NCBI GenBank assembly: GCA_963848135.1
Contig: CAWKCK010000018.1
Location: forward strand, 868,647 to 888,646
Source of the DNA: an uncultured delta proteobacterium
GTDB taxonomy: Bacteria > Desulfobacterota > Desulfobacteria > Desulfobacterales > SG8-13
DNA: 20,000 nucleotides
Direction: 5' to 3'
This document shows positions 9,329 to 16,221 of this stretch, piece after piece. Within the stretch, counting starts at the first letter, position 1. Each line of letters starts with the position of its first letter. Under the pieces are notes generated by a model. That model was not told the DNA's origin and searched no databases. It worked only from the letters and a program-made list of their open reading frames with translations. A program made the translations under genes and the position numbers.

Positions 9329-9977
9329 CGGTTTCAGCTCAATGCCCTGAAATACGCATCCGACCTGGACTGGCCGCCGGCCAGCACCAAGTTTTGGTGT
9401 TTGCGCAACAGCGCCGCCCGCTGCGTGAGCCAGAAGCATAACTCGCGCTCATAGAGCGTTCTCTAATCTTCGGCGAAGGCTCCGGCGCACGCCACGCAAA
9501 AGATAAGAAGTTACTTTTTCAATGGGGATGAATCGGCAATGGTAAATTGTGTATCTGTTTCAGCTGTAGCTCAATAGTTTGCTGCATCAGTTTAAAGGGG
9601 TATTTAACCACCCCGATAGCGAAAGTTGGCTTTATTGTCAATATTCATTTTTAGGGTCGGGGTCGAAGTTTTAGGTCATTTCGAGCATAACTCACTTTTT
9701 TACCCGAAATTCATGTTTCGCAATGTTGAATTATCCAATTATCGTAAACAAAATTTGTGTTTCAAAACTGCAGATTCCTCAAACTGACACATATTTTATT
9801 TAAATCGTAAGAAATGCATACATATAGTACGTTTGACACAAATTTTTGTGAAGTGAATATTTTTCTTATTCGTCATTACAAAACGCTTCTTTCCACATAA
9901 CCTATCGGTTAGCAGAATTTTGGTGATCGCCAATGCATACGTGTTTCTATGATGTAAATTCTGATAATTGGTCTATC

Positions 9978-10008
9978 GGCAAGCAAGTTTGTGTATTGAC
10001 CGGCCCCA
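9978..10008 (+). repeat. Dispersed repeat, copy 1 (27/31 identical to 13493-13523)
   Basis: GGCAAGCAAGTTTGTGTATTGACCGGCCCCA versus GGCGAGCAAGTTTGAGTATTGACCCACCCCA. Confidence 0.75.
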
Positions 10009-10425
10009 CAGATTAAATATATCTCAATGTATCGTTATCGCGACACCGTTCTCATAGTTGTGGATAAAATTACAACCCAAGTTGAGCGTTTTATATTTTC
10101 GAAGTATGAAAATAAACTATAAAAATAAGGCATTCTGCCCATGGGAATTTCGAAAATATAAAACCATACGGGATTTCCAATTTCACCGCATCTACGGCGT
10201 CAAATGACGTCCCGCATATTACACTATAGCGGAACGACATTTTCCTTGTACCTGCGGCAAACTTGAAAATCGCTCAATTTGGGTACAAATATGATGATAT
10301 CCAGAAATTCATAATTCCATGTGGACTGCGCTATGCATATTTTCTGGTAGCTCCAGTTGCAATATCATTGAGGTTTTTGGACTCATATTATAGGAATATC
10401 AAAATCATAATAAGGTGGAAGTTAA

Positions 10426-10596
10426 ATGCCGACTAAAATTTGCCCTCATTGTGGCAAACAAACAGGCTTTGAGGTGAAGTTTAATATCGTTTGCCGAATT
10501 GGTGATGAAGAAGAAAAAGGTTATCTGCGTATTTGCCAGGAATGTGGAGGACGATTTATAACTATACAAAAAGATGAACGAATAAAGAAGGATTGA
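10426..10596 (+). CDS. Small zinc-ribbon protein, 56 aa (not in ORF track)
   Basis: MPTKICPHCGKQTGFEVKFNIVCRIGDEEEKGYLRICQECGGRFITIQKDERIKKD*. Two CxxCG knuckles; AAGGTGG RBS upstream. Confidence 0.65.
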   Translation: MPTKICPHCGKQTGFEVKFNIVCRIGDEEEKGYLRICQECGGRFITIQKDERIKKD

Positions 10597-11246
10597 ATAT
10601 ATGGGCACCAGCCCGCATTTAGGATAGAGCGTTGGGGCCAAGGAATTGAAACCAATTTTCTCAACTGCAGGCAAAGATTTTCAAACCGAAGTCTTCGGTC
10701 ATCATGGTTCAATCATATTTTTAAGTCAGAAAGCGTGGGCTTAAAATGAATATCATAATTATTTTGCTTTCTCCCTATACAATATATTGGAGTGTTGGGT
10801 TCTGTTGTAAAGCCTGCACTATCTCCAACATATCCCATTCAATACCGCATCGAAGCAATTGACATTCAATGCTCGCCCTGTATTGGTGAATTTGATCAAT
10901 ATAACCAAACCGTATCATCCTCTTGCCAGAAATTTGCGGTCGTTACTGTATTGGCAGGCTCTAAAAACTCTCCAGCGCTAATGATACAAATTCCCAGCTT
11001 TCCGTTTATATACCTTTGCTAAAATCTACACGTTAACCAAATCATTGTTCTTCACTTATATTTTCATTTAGCTCCTTCAAGCCCCTACTCATGTAATACA
11101 TAATTCATAAATGTAGAAATTATGAAGAATTATTATGTAATTTATTACTTAACCACCTTTGTTATTAATCGTTATTTTTACATTAAATCTTTGCCGATCA
11201 AGCATAAATTATTATTAACATTCTAAATTTTTGTTAAATAATATTT

Positions 11247-11262
11247 TGGCGCGTTTTTTGCT
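11247..11262 (+). promoter_or_regulatory. sigma54 (-24/-12) promoter upstream of the PEP-CTERM gene
   Basis: TGGCGCG-TTTT-TTGCT fits TGGCAC/GC-N-TTGCW with correct GG/GC spacing. PEP-CTERM genes are commonly sigma54-driven. Confidence 0.7.
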
Positions 11263-11457
11263 TTTGCGTAGAGCAGTTTTACGAAGCTCTCCTACAAAAT
11301 TCAAAAATTGTCTAATGGAAAATTTTTTAATTCAATCAAAAATGGCAAGGTCATTGTTTCAAATACTCTTACGTATTCAAAATCATAACTATTTTAATGG
11401 CTGTTTTCATGATCAGAAACTGAACAATAACTAAGGCGGAGATAAGGAGAAAATAGT

Positions 11458-12327
11458 ATGAAAAATTTATTTATTCTAATTATATCCATCGCCATTGCCA
11501 TTGGTTCACTTTCTAACGTCTCTGCTGCAACGTACGAGTTCTATCATGTTGCGGTTCGGGACTACGATGGTGATGCTGTATTTAACAATGGTGATGTTGT
11601 TCGGTATGGCTTCACATACAACAAGGCCGACCCCACAGACACATACCCAGACACTTCAGGATGGTATGCGAGAGCATATGATTCAGGAGGAACTCAAATA
11701 CAACAAGTAAATGTTGGTGGTGGAAGTCACTATCAAGAAGCTTACGGTACGGGCGAAACAGCAGGCACGTGGTCAGAAGTAAACTATTGGAAAGCAAACT
11801 TCGGTGTCAACGGTATTACAAGTGTAAAACTCTTCGATAGTTCTCATGGGCTGCTTGAGAGTCATAAAGTCAATCTTCCTGACAATACACAACCTCTGTC
11901 CTCCTATAACGGGTTCAATCCATTAAGTTTGAGCTGGGAAAAACAGGCTTATGGTGTAATGTTATCTTGGGATGGTATCACTCCAACAGACGGTTCTTCT
12001 TATCGTCTTGAACTCTCTACTCCGAGTTGGTCACATAGCATCTTCCAATATCTTAACGGAACAGAGGATTCTCTGTATATTCCAAATTCACTATTTGAGC
12101 CTGTAGGTAATATTTGGAATTTTGGTTTTCAAGAACGTTTCAAGAATCCCCTCTATGCAACCGATGGGACTTCTGATAACTTTAACTGGCTTCGAACCTA
12201 CTCAGGCAACTTTCAAATTGATTTATCAACTTCCGGGTCTATGATTCCAACGCCGATCCCTGGTTCGATTCTACTTCTCGGCAGTGGCATTATCGGATTG
12301 CTCAGTTTCAATCGTCGAAAGAAATGA
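11458..12327 (+). CDS. PEP-CTERM/VPLPA-CTERM-type exosortase substrate (surface protein)
   Basis: N-terminal signal peptide (..SNVSA) and C-terminal TPIPGSILLLGSGIIGLLSFNRRKK (Pro motif, TM helix, basic tail). RBS AAGGAG. Confidence 0.88.
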   Translation: MKNLFILIISIAIAIGSLSNVSAATYEFYHVAVRDYDGDAVFNNGDVVRYGFTYNKADPTDTYPDTSGWYARAYDSGGTQIQQVNVGGGSHYQEAYGTGETAGTWSEVNYWKANFGVNGITSVKLFDSSHGLLESHKVNLPDNTQPLSSYNGFNPLSLSWEKQAYGVMLSWDGITPTDGSSYRLELSTPSWSHSIFQYLNGTEDSLYIPNSLFEPVGNIWNFGFQERFKNPLYATDGTSDNFNWLRTYSGNFQIDLSTSGSMIPTPIPGSILLLGSGIIGLLSFNRRKK

Positions 12328-12616
12328 TAATATGATTTAGGTCGTCAGTATTCAGGAAATACAAATAAAATTTTTGGTCCGAATATAGGTGCGGTCTGGC
12401 CTCTTGGTTCTGGAGTTATTGTGTCGTGGGATTCAGAAGGAAATTTTAGAATTAGACTCGATCAACCTCAAGTTTGAAAAAACAGAGTCAACAATGGCTA
12501 TACCTTTCTATTTAATATCCTCACGATTATTACTGCCGATGCACAATGTCAGCGTATCTGCTATGGGCTTTGAGCTATCACCAAGCCGATTTGCTTGAGA
12601 TAGTCAATCGGTATCT

Positions 12617-12664
12617 AACGAAAAGAGGGGTGAAGTTGATAAATGGATTCACCCCTTTCGTTTT
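12617..12664. terminator. Probable bidirectional intrinsic terminator between convergent genes
   Basis: AACGAAAAGAGGGGTGAA ... TTCACCCCTTTCGTTTT stem with A/T-rich flanks, adjacent to the integrase stop. Confidence 0.6.
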
Positions 12665-13380
12665 AGCAATATAGGTTTTCAATCCACCGCATCGCTTCTG
12701 TGTCGCTGATTGTTCCGAGATACCGCTGGATGGTGGACAGATTCGCGTGTCTGAGGATGATTTTGCTCACTATTTCCATAGGAACACCAGATCGTGAGGA
12801 ATAGGCTTCCGAGTGACACCGCAGGCCATGCTCCCTTAGGTGAATTCCAACCATCTTTCCGTTTTTCTTGACGACCAACCTGGCGGCTGCATTGTTAATC
12901 GGAAAAACAAGATCATTTGGGCTGTGACATACTTAAATTGCGTATTCACAGACTCTATCAGAGACTTTCTGCGGAATAAACACGATTTCATGTTCCTTTA
13001 CGCTCCTCGGCCCCGTGAGGATCAGCTTCCGATCCTGAATATCCTTGAACCTTAGTTTCAGCACCTCGCCAATCCGCATCCCACGTAAAGCCATCAGTTC
13101 GAGCATTAACCGATTTAGAGCCTGGGTGGTTCGGAAACGGGAAAAACTGAAAAAGGCTGACAGGTGGGAATAACGGACTCTTTTGGTGTAGAGCTTTTTG
13201 CCGTTGGTAAAGCTGTTCAGAAAGGAAAGGACATCATCCGGTGTAACCTGTTCAATCTCAGCATCACCGAACTCTCGGCAGAATCGGTCAATAACTGACC
13301 AATAGGACCGAACGGTATTTTTTTTTCGAGTGGGCCTTGTGGTAATCGATCCATATTTTTGCGGCTTCGGCCACTTTCAT
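12663..13380 (-). pseudogene. Tyrosine recombinase/integrase, disrupted
   Basis: RBS GAGGAGG, then MKVAEAAKIWIDYHKAHSKK and a frameshift in the A9 tract (13318-13326). It continues NTVRSYWSVIDRFCREFG...YSHLSAFF..LMLELMALRGMRIGEVLKL..., has an in-frame TAA at 12933-12935, then ..HLREHGLRCH..SGVPMEIVSKIILRHANLSTIQRYLG. R, HxxR, H and Y catalytic positions are recognisable. Confidence 0.88.
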
Positions 13381-13492
13381 GGTTTACCTCCTCTGGTTAT
13401 TGATGTTTGACAATCGGGGAAATCCCGCGGTAAACCAATGATACTTAGATCGTGTATTCAGTTTCAACGCTATTTTCAATAGTTACGAGACT

Positions 13493-13538
13493 GGCGAGCA
13501 AGTTTGAGTATTGACCCACCCCAGAAGTCCAGTATAGT
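13493..13538 (+). promoter_or_regulatory. Dispersed repeat copy 2, containing a candidate sigma70 promoter facing the cassette array
   Basis: TTGACC (13511-13516), 16-nt spacer, TATAGT (13533-13538). Confidence 0.45.
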
Positions 13539-13713
13539 CTCCATATATACCAGATTAACCCTTACTCTTTAAGCAACGAAATTCTATAACCACATACCCG
13601 TGTCATCATTGCCGAATTGCTTGGATTTTCACTGAAAAATTGTGTTGGCTGGTCAGGTGTATTGATTTGAGTGGTCAGCGGATTAATTTACCAGATTTTC
13701 CATTAATAATTCT

Positions 13714-13740
13714 ATTATCAGGGCGAATTGACCTGATAAT
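13714..13740. promoter_or_regulatory. Perfect 9-bp dyad (protein-binding site candidate)
   Basis: ATTATCAGG-GCGAATTGA-CCTGATAAT. Confidence 0.45.
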
Positions 13741-13864
13741 CAATGGTTAACTAATCAAACAGCAGGAAAAGGGAAAGAAACCAATAAAGAGAAAAACAAT
13801 CACAGCGCTTATCTCGGTGGGGCTGGCGTTGAGCCCCCATGAATTACAATCAAAGAGGTTTAAA

Positions 13865-14356
13865 ATGACCACGTATTCACGTTATCTTTCGATATTTTGC
13901 AGTTCTCTTGCGTTTTTGCAATTTTTCGGTTGTACGGCCCCCACGCATCAGACCAAACAAGAGACTGTTCACCACATGGGGCATGAAGTTATGACCTTTG
14001 ATCCTTCTAAAACCATACATATTTTCCGAATGACCGATTTTGGCGGTGTGCAACGCGTTATTGTTAAAGACGCGGCGGCAATGGACCAACTGGCGCTGAT
14101 TCAGCAACATCTTCAAAAAGAAGCGAAAGCATTTCAACACGGTGACTATTCAGATCCTGCCTCACTGCATGGAGTTGATATGCCGGGGTTAAAAGAGTTA
14201 CAGGCTGGCGCTTTACATATAAAGGTTACCTACTCAGCTCTACCTAACGGCGCAAAAATCACCTTTGAAACATCTGACCTACAATTACTGACTGCAATTC
14301 ACAGATGGTTTGGAGCGCAGTTATCAGAGCATGGCGCAGACGCGATGTCCGAATAA
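13865..14356 (+). CDS. Uncharacterised exported/lipoprotein, His-rich (cassette 1 gene)
   Basis: Start set at ATG 13865 (RBS AGAGG), inside the cassette boundary. Hydrophobic leader with FFGC lipobox-like site; motifs GGVQ.V, HG.DMPGL and HRWFGAQLSEHG. Confidence 0.75.
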   Translation: MTTYSRYLSIFCSSLAFLQFFGCTAPTHQTKQETVHHMGHEVMTFDPSKTIHIFRMTDFGGVQRVIVKDAAAMDQLALIQQHLQKEAKAFQHGDYSDPASLHGVDMPGLKELQAGALHIKVTYSALPNGAKITFETSDLQLLTAIHRWFGAQLSEHGADAMSE

Positions 14357-14362
14357 AAACCG

Positions 14363-14425
14363 GCTCAACAAACTGCTTGAGAAACGACGCGAAAAAGCTG
14401 TGCGCGTCTCAACTCAACGTTAACC
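14363..14425 (+). repeat. attC site 1 (63 bp)
   Basis: R'' GCTCAAC (RYYYAAC) ... TTGA..GACGCG / CGCGTC-TCAA stem ... R' GTTAACC. Confidence 0.75.
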
Positions 14426-14467
14426 GGAAAAATATAATTTATCAACGTAGGGGCAGGTATAGCAAAG

Positions 14468-15007
14468 TTGGAAACCTTCACTGAACTAAAAGAATTAGTG
14501 GAAAATCCGCATTATCAGGAGCAAAGGCAGAAGAGTCTGGGTGATCTTGCCAATGATATGATTGATGTGCCAATAATTGACCTCATCAACGGGTTTAATA
14601 AATTGCCTTACTGTTTCACCCTGCAAAGTTGTTATGGACATTTTGTCTACAACGATCAGCAAGATTCTCATAACTTTGCCCCTTTGCCGATCAAAGCTAC
14701 CATTGCCAAAGTGGAGTATAGGATCGCCTACATTGCATTCTGTATGGAGAACAGTCTATCAGGAATAGAGCTCTTTGAAATTTTAAAACAAATCCCTGCT
14801 ATCGATCCGGAAAACATTCAATTCTGTTGTGCAGAGTGGTTCTGGAAAAGACAAGTCAATTCTTATGCGTTGCAAGTGGAACCAGACAGATTTAAGCATC
14901 AAGACAAGGCAATACTTGATTATAAGGAAGCGTTGCATATTGAAAAAGTACGAAATGAATTCTTTCTCCGGCTATATGAATTGTTTGGCAATGCAGGCGA
15001 AAAGTGA
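14468..15007 (+). CDS. Hypothetical protein with TYW3-like N-terminal motif (cassette 2 gene)
   Basis: TTG start, 179 aa. IDVPIIDLINGFNKLPYCFTLQSCYGH resembles the D..I..L...IN......T.SSC.G motif of TYW3/Taw3. Confidence 0.7.
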   Translation: METFTELKELVENPHYQEQRQKSLGDLANDMIDVPIIDLINGFNKLPYCFTLQSCYGHFVYNDQQDSHNFAPLPIKATIAKVEYRIAYIAFCMENSLSGIELFEILKQIPAIDPENIQFCCAEWFWKRQVNSYALQVEPDRFKHQDKAILDYKEALHIEKVRNEFFLRLYELFGNAGEK

Positions 15008-15011
15008 ACTC

Positions 15012-15070
15012 GGCTAAAAATTTGCTGAACCTGAGCGCAGAAAGCCGCGCCAGGTGAGCATACGTTAGCG
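15012..15070 (+). repeat. attC site 2 (59 bp), R'' core mutated AAC->AAA
   Basis: GGCTAAA-AATTT-GCTGAACCTG-A-GCGC-AGAAAGCC-GCGC-CAGGTGAGC-ATAC-GTTAGCG shows an L''/L' stem with extra-helical bases and 59-base-element spacing. Confidence 0.8.
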
Positions 15071-15302
15071 CGCTTTCAGCAACGTCTCACACACCGCAGC
15101 CACTAAGGAAAGATGACCTCCCCAATAATATCTTTTTAGTCTCGATAGATCAGGATTTTATAGGCTGTAGGGGGGAACACAACATATAGCATATGTGGCG
15201 TTGACATAGCGTGTAATACATGGCATCAGAAGAAAATTATTTAATTTAAAATAACATATTAATGATGATTCATCTTAATAAAATCTATTGAGGACAGTGA
15301 TT

Positions 15303-15530
15303 ATGACGGAAATAAAAAATTTAACAAATTTCGACGGTATATTTGCGGTTTCTGACAAAGGCGCAGTGTACATGCGAATTGATTTCGGTGGGTTTTACGA
15401 ATGGTATGAAAAATTAGATAATACATTTAAATTGTTGGAAGTCTCGGCTTCCAAAAAGTTAGAAGAGTCTATTGATAGTTTTAAATCATCAAAAAAGCAT
15501 AAAGTTATATTCATTGATGATAAACGCTAA
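15303..15530 (+). CDS. Small hypothetical protein
   Basis: 75-aa AT-rich ORF (MTEIKNLT...) with GAGGA upstream; no recognised motif. Confidence 0.45.
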   Translation: MTEIKNLTNFDGIFAVSDKGAVYMRIDFGGFYEWYEKLDNTFKLLEVSASKKLEESIDSFKSSKKHKVIFIDDKR

Positions 15531-16221
15531 TAATGTAAGTCTCATTCATTACCAAAAGCCAGAATTTGAATCATAAATACTAAAGATAGCCAATTTTTAT
15601 CCATCGGAATTCACAGAAACTGAAAATCCATTTATTGGCAAGCTCGCACAAATTACAGCTTCCAACGAATCCGATTAATAAGAGGTGGTTACCAACATTT
15701 AATTATCACAATGAAATCTGCCCATCATCCTTATAGGTATATCCCCTAAGTATGATGAAGAATACCTATGAAAATGTATGTTTCCCCTATTGAAAAAGCG
15801 CCAGAATACAAATATGCAAATGCTAATCAAAAAACAGGCTGACACAGAATATTGAACACTCCCAAAATTTGGGGATTTTTTACAGCACTTGTGCTTGGTC
15901 TCAGAACCGATATCTATGCTGTGTCGATTCATCTGTCGACCCTCTACTAAACCTTCTTACTTTTTATCCTGCTGCTAAGGCTTCTCTCCTTTTTCAACGT
16001 ATTTACGAAAAATAAAACAATTCATTCTTAACCCGTCACTTTCATGGAAAAAGTCATGGCAAGGGGTTTTCAGAAGATGCCGATGTATAGGCCTCTGAGG
16101 GGCTTTTGTACCCTTCAGAGGCATCTCCAATCATGATCGACCATAATCATTTCAGAGCGCTATTTTCCCCCAAAGAAAGAATTGGAGAGAACTGTGTAGA
16201 TTTTTTTAAAGGAGGTCAACA

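Larger units (their letters stand above)
13829..15064 (+). mobile_element. Integron-type gene cassette array, two complete cassettes (CALIN-like; no intI in window)
   Basis: Cassette 1 spans 13829-14419 and cassette 2 spans 14420-15064. Each holds one ORF followed within 10 nt by an attC hairpin. The entry core G|TTGAGCC (13828-13835) is the exact reverse complement of GGCTCAAC at the start of attC1. Confidence 0.78.

Noticed and set aside
10130..10390. Minus-strand fragment STWNYEFLDIIIFVPK, vaguely like an IS200 TnpA N-terminus
   Set aside because: No HUH motif and multiple stops; too weak to call.
10740..11078. Minus-strand GAAGGAG-ATG followed by stop-riddled, protein-like frames
   Set aside because: Possibly a decayed gene, but no recognisable family.
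12663..13380. Calling the integrase intI or xerC/xerD
   Set aside because: It lacks a visible IntI-specific insertion and XerC/D-type motifs such as LLGH, and it is disrupted.
13817..13864. ORF-track GTG start for the cassette 1 gene
   Set aside because: It crosses the cassette recombination point; ATG 13865 has an RBS and gives a proper signal peptide.
15177..15192. ACACAACATATAGCAT, NrdR-box-like
   Set aside because: Single imperfect copy with no ribonucleotide reductase gene nearby.
15699..15950. Short ORFs on both strands, including a + frame split by one TGA
   Set aside because: No RBS or motif support.
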